DNA from: Candidatus Polarisedimenticolaceae bacterium
Lineage (GTDB): Bacteria > Acidobacteriota > Polarisedimenticolia > Polarisedimenticolales > DASRJG01
Direction: 5' to 3'
Assembly (NCBI GenBank): GCA_036376135.1
Contig: DASVAW010000119.1
Coordinates: 1,767 to 65,766 of the forward strand
DNA: 64,000 nt
Below the pieces are notes generated by a model, which made no database searches, was not told the origin of the DNA, and saw nothing but the letters and a program-made list of their open reading frames with translations. The position numbers and the translations under genes were made by a program. This document shows positions 17,045 to 29,553 of the stretch, in pieces (position 1 is the stretch's first letter; each line of letters begins with the position of its first letter).

Positions 17045-18220
17045 TCATCCCCTCCCGCCCAGCCTCACCCTCAACCCAGCCCGAAGCGCCGCGATCGGAT
17101 AGAGCGTCCCGCGCCAGACGATGCCGCCGCGTTTCCAGCAGAAATAGGCCGACCGGATCAGGGTCCACGCGATCACGAGGAAGCCCAGCGGGCCGAGGAG
17201 CAGCGGCACGATCTTGCGCCCGGTCCGCTGCTTGAGGACGAGCCCCGCCGCGAGCATCACGAGCACGACGGCGATGCCGATCGCGCGGACGGGCCAGTAC
17301 GGTTGCGCGAGCGCGACGACAGGCCCCGGCAGCACCACCGCGATGAACGCGAGAAACGCGAACAATCGCGGGTACTGGTACATCGCGTACGCCCCGAAGG
17401 CGTTCTTCTCCAGGCCGCGGACCATCTGCCGGAGCGAGGCGTACCACTCGACCTCGACCTCCCCGAGGCCGATGGTGAATCCCCCCTTCGCTCCCGCGCG
17501 CTGCAGCATCAGCCCGAGGCCGACGTCGTCGAGGACCTCCATCTTCAACCACTCGAATCCGGGAGTGCGGTCGAACGCCGAGCGCCGCACGAGGTTGAAC
17601 GCCCCGACGCCCACGTACGCGTCGGAGCCCTCGCGCCCCACGTCCACCGCGCGCGTGCCGACCATGAACCCGGTCGCGAAGGCGTTGTAGGCGACCTCCT
17701 GCCAGAAGTTCCGCGCGACGAGCTCCGGAGCGACGACGAAGTGGTCGAGGTTGCGCTCGACGACGTGGGCGACGGCCTTTCTCAACGCGCCCTGCTTGAA
17801 GTGGACGTCGGCGTCGGTGAAGAGGAGAAACTCCCCCGTCGCCTTCAGCGTCCCGCGATGGACCGCGTGGACCTTCCCGAGCCAGTGCGCCGGGAGCTCG
17901 GCCACGTGGATCGGCAGGATCCGCGCGTCGCGTGCGGCGAGGGCGTCCACGACGCGGCCGGTGCCGTCGGTCGATCGATCGTTCACGAGGACGATCTCGA
18001 GGTCGGGGTAGTCCTGCGCGAGCAGGCTCGAGAGGGCCGACTCGAGGTGCTCCTCCTCGTTGCACGCCGCGATCACGACGGACAGGCGCGGGTACCGCGC
18101 GGGCTCGGGCGGCGCGAGGTCCTTGAACCGCACGAAGCGCAGCGCGGTGTAGAGGCCGAAGATCGACACGCCGAGCCACAACAGGCCCGTGACGCCGCCC
18201 CAGATCGCGAACGCCGTCAC
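17045..18220 (-). CDS. family 2 glycosyltransferase, membrane-bound
   Basis: 'LSVVIAACNEE', 'VNDRSTDGT' and 'FTDADV' GT-A motifs. N- and C-terminal TM helices. GTG at 18220 overlaps the upstream stop (GTGA). Confidence 0.8.
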   Translation of the reverse strand: MTAFAIWGGVTGLLWLGVSIFGLYTALRFVRFKDLAPPEPARYPRLSVVIAACNEEEHLESALSSLLAQDYPDLEIVLVNDRSTDGTGRVVDALAARDARILPIHVAELPAHWLGKVHAVHRGTLKATGEFLLFTDADVHFKQGALRKAVAHVVERNLDHFVVAPELVARNFWQEVAYNAFATGFMVGTRAVDVGREGSDAYVGVGAFNLVRRSAFDRTPGFEWLKMEVLDDVGLGLMLQRAGAKGGFTIGLGEVEVEWYASLRQMVRGLEKNAFGAYAMYQYPRLFAFLAFIAVVLPGPVVALAQPYWPVRAIGIAVVLVMLAAGLVLKQRTGRKIVPLLLGPLGFLVIAWTLIRSAYFCWKRGGIVWRGTLYPIAALRAGLRVRLGGRG

Positions 18221-18756
18221 GCGAGCTCGGGCTGCGCCGCGACGACCTCGATCAGCCCCCTGCAGAACGCCGGGAGGTCGTCGGGCTTGCGGCTCGACAC
18301 CGACCAGCGGTCGACGACGACCGGGGCGTCGATCCAGAGGGCCCCGGCGTTCACGAGGTCGTCCTTGATCCCCGGTGAGCCCGTCACGCGAACGTCGCGA
18401 TACACCCCGGCGCTGATCGGTATCCAACCTCCATGGCAGATCGCGGCGACGCAGCGGTTCGAGCCGGCGAGGGCGCGCACGATCGCCAGCACGGCCGGGT
18501 CGCGTCGGAGCTTGTCCGGCATCCAACCGCCCGGACAGATCACCGCGTCGAAATCCGCCGCATCGAGGGAGCCGACGGCGGCATCGGCGACGCAGGGATA
18601 TCCGTGTTTCCCCGAGTATCGTCGGCCGGCCTCGGGACCGGCGACGACGACCGCCCCCCCGGCCTCCTGGACGCGGAGCTTTGGATACCAGAGCTCCAGA
18701 TCCTCGTATTCGTCCCCGACCAGGACCAGAACCCGTCGCCCGCGCAGGTCCGCCAT
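18217..18756 (-). CDS. DJ-1/PfpI family protein
   Basis: 179 aa with 'AAICHGG' nucleophile elbow and 'ICPGG' motif. Confidence 0.85.
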   Translation of the reverse strand: MADLRGRRVLVLVGDEYEDLELWYPKLRVQEAGGAVVVAGPEAGRRYSGKHGYPCVADAAVGSLDAADFDAVICPGGWMPDKLRRDPAVLAIVRALAGSNRCVAAICHGGWIPISAGVYRDVRVTGSPGIKDDLVNAGALWIDAPVVVDRWSVSSRKPDDLPAFCRGLIEVVAAQPELA

Positions 18757-18854
18757 GACGCCTCCGTAAGCCGTCAGATTCTAAACGATTGAAGACAGAC
18801 AACTTAGAAGTCTGAAACGAACACGAATCCAAGTTTCGGCAGCGCTCGTATTAA

Positions 18855-18888
18855 TTGTCCAGGACGAGTGCCAAGTAAAACTGGACAA
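18855..18888. promoter_or_regulatory. inverted repeat TTGTCCAG-N18-CTGGACAA just upstream of the putative -35
   Basis: Perfect 8-bp arms in the most AT-rich stretch of the window. Possible operator for the sigma-factor gene. Confidence 0.3.
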
Positions 18889-18892
18889 AATG

Positions 18893-18920
18893 TTGACAGA
18901 CGATCACCTCCGGGTAGGAT
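18893..18920 (+). promoter_or_regulatory. putative sigma-70-type promoter (TTGACA-16 nt-TAGGAT)
   Basis: Consensus -35 at 18893-18898 and a -10-like hexamer at 18915-18920. GGAAGGAG RBS follows, 7 nt before the ATG at 18949. Confidence 0.35.
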
Positions 18921-18948
18921 TGGCCTCACGCCTCGGAAGGAGTTCGCC

Positions 18949-20112
18949 ATGGCGAGTTGGGAAATGCGTTCCGAATCGATCTACCCCCGGATCGAGGACG
19001 ACGAGGACTACGGCGGTTTCCTGCCGGAGCCCGAGGAGCGCAAGCGCGAGCCGCGGTCGGCGGACGACCCGAGCCCGCAGACGTTGCTGCCGCTCTACCT
19101 CCGCGAGATGGGGGCGACCCCGCTCATCGACGACAAGATGGAGGTGCGCCTCGCGAGCCAGTTGAAGGAGGCTCGCCTCGCCCTCGCGAAACTCGCGATC
19201 CGGCTCCCCGCGTCGTGCCGCGACTACATCCTCGAAGGGGACGCGAAGGGCCCCCGCGCCGGCGCGACGTGGCCGATCGACCGCGTCGAGGTCTTCTGCA
19301 CGCGGCTGCAGCGGTACGCGGCGGAGTTCCCCGAGCCGCGGGTCGTGAAGATCGCCAAGGACGCGAAGACCCACAAGGCCCGCCTCGACGAGGCGCGCCG
19401 CGCGATGATCCTCGCGAACCTGCGCCTGGTGGTGCACATCGCGAAGAAGTACCTGAACCACGGCCTCCCGTTCATGGATCTGATCCAGGAAGGGAACATC
19501 GGGCTCATGCGCGCCGTGGAGAAGTTCGAGCACGAGCGCGGAAACAAGTTCTCGACGTACGCGTTCTGGTGGATCAAGCAGGGGGTCGAGCGGGCGATCG
19601 CCGACAAGGCGAAGGTGATCCGGATCCCCGTCCACGTGAACGAGAAGATGAAGAAGGTGCGCCGGACCTCGCGCGAGATGGCGGAGACCCTCGGGAGGAA
19701 GCCGACGCCGGAGGAGATCGCGAAGGTCCTCGACCTTCCGGTCTCGGTGATCGACGAGGTCCTCGCGGTCGTTCAGGACCCGCAGCCCCTCGAGGATCGC
19801 GGCCCCGACGACCGCGGCTACGACCTCTCGAAGACGGTCCCGGACACGAGCCTGCGCTCGCCGATGGAGCTCACGGGCGAGCGCGAGCTCCGTGCGAAGG
19901 TGGAGGCGTCGCTCCGCGCGCTCGCCCCGCGCGAGGAGGAGATCCTCCGCCTGCGCTTCGGCATCGGCCGCGAGCAGGCGCTCACCCTCGAGGAGATCGG
20001 CCGCGTGCTCAAGCTGTCCCGCGAGCGGGTGCGCCAGATCGAGGCGGTCGCGCTCGGCAAGATCCAGAGCTCGACCGTCTGCAAGGACCTCAAGGAACTC
20101 TACGAAGCGTGA
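18949..20112 (+). CDS. RNA polymerase sigma-70 family factor (RpoD/RpoS-like, regions 1.2-4)
   Basis: 'FSTYAFWWIKQGVERAI' (region 2.4) and 'TLEEIGRVLKLSRERVRQIE' (region 4.2). Acidic N-terminus. Start chosen at the RBS-preceded ATG. Confidence 0.9.
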   Translation: MASWEMRSESIYPRIEDDEDYGGFLPEPEERKREPRSADDPSPQTLLPLYLREMGATPLIDDKMEVRLASQLKEARLALAKLAIRLPASCRDYILEGDAKGPRAGATWPIDRVEVFCTRLQRYAAEFPEPRVVKIAKDAKTHKARLDEARRAMILANLRLVVHIAKKYLNHGLPFMDLIQEGNIGLMRAVEKFEHERGNKFSTYAFWWIKQGVERAIADKAKVIRIPVHVNEKMKKVRRTSREMAETLGRKPTPEEIAKVLDLPVSVIDEVLAVVQDPQPLEDRGPDDRGYDLSKTVPDTSLRSPMELTGERELRAKVEASLRALAPREEEILRLRFGIGREQALTLEEIGRVLKLSRERVRQIEAVALGKIQSSTVCKDLKELYEA

Positions 20113-21037
20113 GCAGCGCCGCCTCGGGGGCGACCCCGAGGCGGAGCGGAATCCCTGAGACGCCCAGTCCACGGCTGACCACGAGCGTGGCGCCGCCGTG
20201 GAGGTAGAGCCCTTCGTCGAGCCGGTAGCGGCTCATCCTGACGAGCACCGGCAAGCCGGGGAAACGCACCTGCCCGCCGTGGGTGTGCCCGCTGAGAACG
20301 GCGGAAGCGCCCGCGGTCGAGGCCTCGAAGAAGGCGTCCGGGTTGTGCGACACGACGACGATCGGCGCCCGCGCATCGAGCGCACGGGCTGCGGCCAGCG
20401 TGTGGGCGAGCCTGGGTTTTCCGATGTTCCAGTCGTCGATCCCGGCGAGCAGCAGCGTTCCGTCGCCGCGGCGCACGACCGCCGCCTCGTTGTGGAGCGT
20501 GTGCACTCCGCAGGTTCTCAGGAAGGCCAGCACGCGCTCGGGCCGTCCGGTGTAGTGGTCGTGGTTTCCGAGGACGGCGAACGCGCCGAGCGGACCCTTC
20601 AGGCGTCGCAGCGCGGACGCGTGGGGCTCGATCTCGTCGATTCGGGTGGTGGCGAGATCGCCCCCGTGGACGACGACGTCCGGCGCGAGGGTGAGCAGCC
20701 GATCGAACGCCTCGGCGAGATCGTCGGGCGCGAGGAACGGCCCCGCGTGGACGTCGGAGACGAAGAGCACCCGCGCGCCGTCGAGGTCCGGGTGCAGGGC
20801 GCGCAACGGGAGGTCGGCCTCCTCCACCGAGAGCGCGCGGGAGAGGATCGCCCCGTAGGGGCGCGTCATCCCGGGCACGCGGGGGAAGACCCAGCGGCTC
20901 AACGCGTAGCTCGCGCGCCGTTCGAGCGAGCGGAACCAGCCGCCGACCGGATCCAGGAAGCGACGCGGCCGCGGGCGAGCCGGAAGCGCGGGCGGGAAGG
21001 CGACGTGACGCGGCGGGGACATCGATCGGCGACGCAT
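20090..21037 (-). CDS. metallophosphoesterase
   Basis: 'SDVHAG', 'GGDL', 'GNHDH' and 'GHTHGG' calcineurin-like motifs. Start uncertain (21037 or downstream Met). 3' end overlaps the sigma gene by 23 bp. Confidence 0.8.
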   Translation of the reverse strand: MRRRSMSPPRHVAFPPALPARPRPRRFLDPVGGWFRSLERRASYALSRWVFPRVPGMTRPYGAILSRALSVEEADLPLRALHPDLDGARVLFVSDVHAGPFLAPDDLAEAFDRLLTLAPDVVVHGGDLATTRIDEIEPHASALRRLKGPLGAFAVLGNHDHYTGRPERVLAFLRTCGVHTLHNEAAVVRRGDGTLLLAGIDDWNIGKPRLAHTLAAARALDARAPIVVVSHNPDAFFEASTAGASAVLSGHTHGGQVRFPGLPVLVRMSRYRLDEGLYLHGGATLVVSRGLGVSGIPLRLGVAPEAALLTLRRVP

Positions 21038-21045
21038 TCGCCCCA

Positions 21046-22122
21046 ATGTGGACGCCACGCGCCATAATCGCCAGCGTGGAAACACGGGTTCTGCCGCCGA
21101 CGCCCGAGACGATCGCGCAAGCCGCAGCCGCACTGCGGCATGGGGATCTCGTCGGGATCCCGACCGAGACCGTCTACGGCCTCGCGGGGAACGCCCTCGA
21201 CGCGCACGCCCTCGCGTCGATCTTCGCCGCGAAGGAGCGCCCTTCGTTCGACCCGCTCATCGTCCACATCGGCGGCGCGATCGACGCGACGGGGCTCGTG
21301 GACCTCTCGGCGTTCGGCGCGTGCGCCCGCGACCGCCTTCGCGCGCTCGTCGACGCGTTCTGGCCGGGGCCGCTGACCCTGGTCCTGCCGAAGACCCCGA
21401 TGGTCCCCGACCTCGCCACGAGCGGCCTGGCGACGATCGCCCTTCGGGCGCCTTCGCATCCGGTGGCGCGCGCCCTGATCGCCGCGGCCGGCGTTCCGCT
21501 CGCCGCGCCGAGCGCGAACCGATTCGGCCGGATCAGCCCGACGACCGCCTCCGACGTCGTCCAGGAGTTGTGGGGACGGGTCTCGATGGTGATCGACGGG
21601 GGGCCCTGCGCCGTCGGCGTCGAGTCCACCGTCGTCGCGATCGATCCGGAGGGAGGGCTTCGGCTGCTGCGGCCGGGCGGGATCTCTCGGGAGTCGCTCA
21701 TCGCGGTCACCGGCGCACCCGTCGCCGTCGTGCCGCGCGTGGTGGGCCCGGGCGCCCCCGCGCGCTCCCCGGGGATGCTCGAAAGCCACTATGCGCCCGT
21801 GAAACCCCTGCACCTGCTCCCGCGCGCGATCCTCGCGTTGAACGACGTGGAACGTCGCGAGCTGCTCCCCGCCGGCGCCGGAATCCTCGCCGCGTCGGGG
21901 GATGCCGAGGCGATCGCCGCCGCCTGCGCCGGGCCGCCCACGATTCTCCGCGTGCTCAGTCCCTCCGGCGACGCGGAGGAGGCGGCACGGAACCTCTTTG
22001 CGGCGTTGCGCGCCCTCGACGCTTCCGAGGCGACGACCCTCGTCACCGAGCCGTGGCCCGGCGAGGAGGGGCTCGGCTACGCGATCGCCGACCGCCTGCG
22101 CCGCGCCACCGCCGTCAAATAG
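21046..22122 (+). CDS. tsaC: L-threonylcarbamoyladenylate synthase (Sua5/YrdC long form)
   Basis: 'GDLVGIPTETVYGLAGNA' and 'PSANRFG' YrdC motifs, plus a Sua5-type C-terminal domain. Start may be GTG at 21076. 'AAATAG' stop lies in foldback B. Confidence 0.85.
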   Translation: MWTPRAIIASVETRVLPPTPETIAQAAAALRHGDLVGIPTETVYGLAGNALDAHALASIFAAKERPSFDPLIVHIGGAIDATGLVDLSAFGACARDRLRALVDAFWPGPLTLVLPKTPMVPDLATSGLATIALRAPSHPVARALIAAAGVPLAAPSANRFGRISPTTASDVVQELWGRVSMVIDGGPCAVGVESTVVAIDPEGGLRLLRPGGISRESLIAVTGAPVAVVPRVVGPGAPARSPGMLESHYAPVKPLHLLPRAILALNDVERRELLPAGAGILAASGDAEAIAAACAGPPTILRVLSPSGDAEEAARNLFAALRALDASEATTLVTEPWPGEEGLGYAIADRLRRATAVK

Positions 22123-22242
22123 GGACAGCAACCTATTCGCTAAATAGGGACAGTCCCTCTTTTCCAGCTCCGCGACGTGTGTCTTCGGAGCTGGAAAAGA
22201 GGGACTGTCCCTATTTAGCGAATAGGTTGCTGTCCCTATTTG
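22116..22242. repeat. 127-bp perfect foldback repeat (57-bp arms, 13-nt loop), TAGGGACAG family, copy B
   Basis: 22117-22172 and 22186-22241 are exact reverse complements, plus one more flanking pair. Shares AAATAGGGACAGCAACCT with copy A. Contains a second box, TAGGGACAGTCCCT. Carries the stops of both convergent genes. Confidence 0.9.
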
Positions 22243-23897
22243 TTGAGGACGTCCATGCCCTGGCGGAAGACGACGTCGGTGGGGACGTCCGAGGCGTTCA
22301 CGGCGTCGAGCGTGGCCTTGAGCGAGCCGGTCGGCTGCGCGCCCTTCGGGAGGAACGCGAGCGATCCTTCGTAGTCGCCGTCCCCCTGCAGCCTGAGGAT
22401 CTTCTCGGCGAGGCGGTCGACCGCCGCGCCCATCTTCTCGAAGTCGACGCGGTAGGCCCCGTCGGCGCCGCGCGTGAACGCCCCTTCCTTCTCGAGGAAC
22501 TCGAATTGCGCGAGGTTCGCGCGCCCGTGCGCGCTCGACGCGCCGAAACGGACGGAGCGGAACAACCCCGCGACGAAGGTGACGTAGTTGTCCGCGAGCT
22601 CCCCGCCCTGCAGCTCGCCCATCTCGCGCAACTTCTTGACCATGTAGAGGCCGAGGACGTCCGCTTTCCCCTCCTCGAGGGCGCCGTACTGTTCCTTGAG
22701 CACCTCGCGGACGAACCCCGAGCCCCCCACCGTCTGTTTGATTCCGAGGCCGTGCGCGACCTCGTGGAACATCACGTTCGAGAAGAACGCGTCGAAGGTG
22801 ACGTGCTTGCGCTGGTCGGCGACGATCACCCGCTCGGAGATCGGGACGAGGATCTTCTCGAACTTCGCCTGCATGGCGTTCTTGAGCTGCAGCCGGCGCG
22901 TCCCCTTCTTGAGCTGGACTTCCTCGTCGTTCGGGAGGTTGATGGCGATCGTCTTCGACCCGGCGTTGCAGTCCCCCGCGTAGAAGACCGCATCGTAGGC
23001 GTTCAGGTCGGACTCGGTGCCGGGCGTCTCCTTCTTGTAGTCGTCGGGGACGGGAAGGCCGCGCTGCAGGGCGGGGAGCAGCTGCGCATAACGCTCGAGC
23101 TTGCGACTCCACGCCCGGTCCTTGACGAGGACGTACCCCTCGTGCGCCGCGCGGATCCCGTAAAGCTGATCCTCGTACGTCTCGATCGGCCCGATCACGA
23201 CGTCGACGACGTTGTTCTTCATCTCCATCCACGCGAAGTCGGACGGACGGTAGTCGTCGGTGAGCAGGGCCCTGGCCCGCAGCTCGAGGTACCGCTTCAG
23301 GCCGGGATCGTCGGCGAGCTTGGCGGCCTCGAGCAGGAGCGACGAGGCGCGGGCGACCTGCGGCGCGTACGCCTCGCGGTAAGGCACGGTGACGAGCTTT
23401 CCGGCGGGATCCCGGCGCACGACGGTGTACAGGCTCTTGAGCGCGGCTCCGCCGTCGGGGGCCGCCTTCACCGCCTCCTGGAACTGGGCGTCGGTCATGT
23501 CCGTCGGATAGAACCCCGCACCCGCGGGTTTCGCGCCCACGCCCTCGAGGAACGGCTTGTTGGCGTCGAGGCGGTCCCACGGGCCGTAGTTGATCTCGAC
23601 GTACCGACGGAGTTCCGGGTCGGAGATCGACGCGAGCAGCGGCTGCCGGTCGCCGTACGCCTGCAGCCAGAAGATCGCGTCCATCTCCCGGCAGGCTTCG
23701 ATCAGCAGCGGGAGCATCCGCCGCTCGTTGTCGGTCAACGCGCCGAGGTCGGTCGTCAGCGTGACCTCGGCGTAGGAAGCACGTCGGGGCGTCACCTTCT
23801 CTCCTCCAGCGGGAGCCGCGGGCTCGGGTTCCGGCGCCCCCGCGCATCCCGCGAGGACCAGCATCAACGTCAAGGACACGATCGTACGCATCGTCAC
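22236..23897 (-). CDS. DPP III (M49)-like zinc metallopeptidase lipoprotein
   Basis: 'LMLVLAGCAG' lipobox. 'HEVAHGLG' plus downstream 'EEGKAD' zinc motifs. The ATG at 23891 (GAGG 5 nt upstream) may be the true start. Confidence 0.7.
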   Translation of the reverse strand: MTMRTIVSLTLMLVLAGCAGAPEPEPAAPAGGEKVTPRRASYAEVTLTTDLGALTDNERRMLPLLIEACREMDAIFWLQAYGDRQPLLASISDPELRRYVEINYGPWDRLDANKPFLEGVGAKPAGAGFYPTDMTDAQFQEAVKAAPDGGAALKSLYTVVRRDPAGKLVTVPYREAYAPQVARASSLLLEAAKLADDPGLKRYLELRARALLTDDYRPSDFAWMEMKNNVVDVVIGPIETYEDQLYGIRAAHEGYVLVKDRAWSRKLERYAQLLPALQRGLPVPDDYKKETPGTESDLNAYDAVFYAGDCNAGSKTIAINLPNDEEVQLKKGTRRLQLKNAMQAKFEKILVPISERVIVADQRKHVTFDAFFSNVMFHEVAHGLGIKQTVGGSGFVREVLKEQYGALEEGKADVLGLYMVKKLREMGELQGGELADNYVTFVAGLFRSVRFGASSAHGRANLAQFEFLEKEGAFTRGADGAYRVDFEKMGAAVDRLAEKILRLQGDGDYEGSLAFLPKGAQPTGSLKATLDAVNASDVPTDVVFRQGMDVLNK

Positions 23898-23898
23898 C

Positions 23899-27383
<3,485 letters not shown>

Positions 27384-27401
27384 CCCCTTCGTCGCGGCGC
27401 G

Positions 27402-28322
27402 TCAGGGAATGGGCTCGATCGAGATCGACCCGCCGGAGGTCTCGACGCGGAGGACCTGGCCGCCCTTCCCGAAGGTGCCGCTCAGGTGGGAGCGCGACTT
27501 GGTCGTCGTCGAGGTGAGCTCGAGCTCGCTCGAGACGCCTCCGCCCGACGCTTCGGCGTCGATCCGCAGGTCGATCGTCGGGTCGAGTGCGACGCGGATG
27601 GAGCCGCCGGAAGTCTCCAGGCGCCCGCCGCGGTTGTTCCCCTTCGCGAACGTCGCCGAGATCGAGCCCCCCGAGGTGTCCGCGTCGACGAGCCCCGCGA
27701 TGGCGTCGAGCGAGATCGAGCCGCCGGACGTGTCGGCCTTGATGTCGCCGGTCACTCCCGCGATCCGGATGGAGCCCCCCGAGGTGTCGGCGAGGACGGA
27801 ACCGTCGAGGCCGGAGACCTTGATGGAGCCGCCGGCGGTGTCGAGCCGCGCGTTCCCGCGGACCTTCTCGACGAGGATCGCCCCGCCGGAGGTATCGACC
27901 GCCACGGCGCCCTCGAGGTCGCGGACGGAGACCGAGCCGCCGCCGGTGTCGACCTCCACGTCGGCCTTGGAGGGAACCTCGACGACGAACTTCGGAGCGC
28001 GCTCCGAGTTGAACCAGCCTCCGAACCAGGACGACTTGCCGTCGCTTCCCTTGCGCCTAGCGATCAGGCGCGCTTCGCCCTGGAGCTCTTGAATCTCGAA
28101 GGTCCACTGCTCCGCCAGATCGTCCGAGGTGGCGGTGATCACCACGCGGACGCCGTCGCGGGCGACGCCTTGGACCTCGACGCTGCCGGCCTGCGAATCG
28201 AGAAAGAACTTCCCGCCGGGGGCGAGCTTCAGGGTCTTCTCGATCCGCGAGTCGGCATGGACGACGGTGGCGGCCGTGACGGCCGCGGCGACGAGGACGA
28301 ACGTGCGGAAGACGGAACGCAT
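27402..28322 (-). CDS. DUF4097-type beta-helical repeat protein, secreted
   Basis: Signal peptide. About 8 repeats of 'DTSGGSI(x)V', visible in the DNA as a periodic ~57-60 nt repeat at about 27480-27960. Confidence 0.8.
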   Translation of the reverse strand: MRSVFRTFVLVAAAVTAATVVHADSRIEKTLKLAPGGKFFLDSQAGSVEVQGVARDGVRVVITATSDDLAEQWTFEIQELQGEARLIARRKGSDGKSSWFGGWFNSERAPKFVVEVPSKADVEVDTGGGSVSVRDLEGAVAVDTSGGAILVEKVRGNARLDTAGGSIKVSGLDGSVLADTSGGSIRIAGVTGDIKADTSGGSISLDAIAGLVDADTSGGSISATFAKGNNRGGRLETSGGSIRVALDPTIDLRIDAEASGGGVSSELELTSTTTKSRSHLSGTFGKGGQVLRVETSGGSISIEPIP

Positions 28323-28400
28323 GGGAAACCTCCTCGCCCGGGTCTACGCAGGCCCGCGCGCCGGGGTTCCCGCGCTTCCGCCTGCCGCTACACTTCGCGC

Positions 28401-29081
28401 ATGCAGCACACGCTCCGACTGCTCGTGATCGACCCTTCGATCGTGTGGCCCGAGGATGCGGGCGTCGCCGAGATCGTCGCGGACTGGCCCGGAACCCACC
28501 GGGTGATCCGCCCCGCGCTCGAGCCGGCGACCGCGCTGCGGCCCGGCGATCCCTACGACGCCGACGCGGTGGTCGTCATGGGGTCGCGGGCTTCCGTCCA
28601 CGACCCCCACCCGTGGCTGGCGGACCTCGGAGCCTGGCTCGACCCGCTGATCTCGGGGGCGTTGCGCCGGCCGTTGCTCGGCATCTGCTTCGGTCATCAA
28701 CTCGTCGCGGCTCGGGCGGGCGCCCCCGTCGGGCGGCTGCACGAGGACGGTGCCGAGGAGCGGGGGGTCCAGACCACGCGATTTTCGGGAAGCCGGCTCG
28801 CCCCGGACGGGCCGATGCGGATCGTGGCGAGTCACGGCGAGGTGGTGCGGTCGCGGCCGCGGGGGTTCCGCGTGACCGCATCGCGCGAGCGTGTGGCGAT
28901 CGACGCGCTCGAGCACGACACGCTCCCGGTCTTCTCGGTGCAGTTCCATCCGGAGGCGCGCGCGGAATTCCTGGCCAGGCGCGGTATGCCGCCGGGGCCG
29001 CAGGACGAGCTCGCGTTCGAGGAGCAGGCGCGATTCCTCGCCGCCTTCCGCCGCGCGGCGATCGCGGAGAAGCGAACCTAG
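28401..29081 (+). CDS. class I glutamine amidotransferase-like protein
   Basis: 'LLGICFGHQL' nucleophile Cys and 'VQFHPE' His/Glu. In-frame ATG at 28401 within track ORF 27486..29081. Confidence 0.7.
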   Translation: MQHTLRLLVIDPSIVWPEDAGVAEIVADWPGTHRVIRPALEPATALRPGDPYDADAVVVMGSRASVHDPHPWLADLGAWLDPLISGALRRPLLGICFGHQLVAARAGAPVGRLHEDGAEERGVQTTRFSGSRLAPDGPMRIVASHGEVVRSRPRGFRVTASRERVAIDALEHDTLPVFSVQFHPEARAEFLARRGMPPGPQDELAFEEQARFLAAFRRAAIAEKRT

Positions 29082-29449
29082 GCGCGGGCCTGCGCGAGCT
29101 CCGCGAGCAGATGTCGCACGGCCAGAAGGTCGTCGTCGCTTCTGGGGTAGAACAGCCCGCCGCAGGTCGCGCCGGGCTCGAACTCCGGCGTGATGTGGAG
29201 GATCACCATCTCCCCGCGGATGGGCGAACCTCCGATCTGCACCTCGACCTCGCGGAGCAGGTCGCCGGCCTCGAGGGTGGGAAGGCCAGGCACCACCAGG
29301 AACGACAGGCCCGAGCCGCTGATGTCGCGCACCTTCGACTCGAACAACGCGCCGTCTTCGTCGGGAAACCGGAACCGGAAGCGGGCCGCCTCCTCGGCGT
29401 CGAACCGGAAGCGGTCGTTGCGGCGGCGTTCGTCGTGCCTCTGGCTCAT
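29078..29449 (-). CDS. PilZ domain protein (putative c-di-GMP receptor)
   Basis: 'RRRNDRFR' (RxxxR) plus 'DISGSGLSF' (D/NxSxxG). 123 aa, single domain. Confidence 0.75.
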   Translation of the reverse strand: MSQRHDERRRNDRFRFDAEEAARFRFRFPDEDGALFESKVRDISGSGLSFLVVPGLPTLEAGDLLREVEVQIGGSPIRGEMVILHITPEFEPGATCGGLFYPRSDDDLLAVRHLLAELAQARA

Positions 29450-29553
29450 CGTCCCCTCGCCGGCGCCGGCCTGCGGTAAGGGGGGCCGGCGCCGAGAGGG
29501 AATATAGGGCCCGGCGCCCCGGGGGGCACGGCACCGGGCCCAGGAGGCCTGAT

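Noticed and set aside
29461-29553. Two GC-rich hairpins (CGGCGCCGGCC...GGCCGGCGCCG and GGGCCCGG...CCGGGCCC) between the small DUF4097 gene and pilZ as rho-independent terminators
   Set aside because: The stems are convincing, but neither is followed by a U-run on the transcribed (minus) strand. I cannot distinguish a terminator from generic GC-rich secondary structure, so they are not listed as features.
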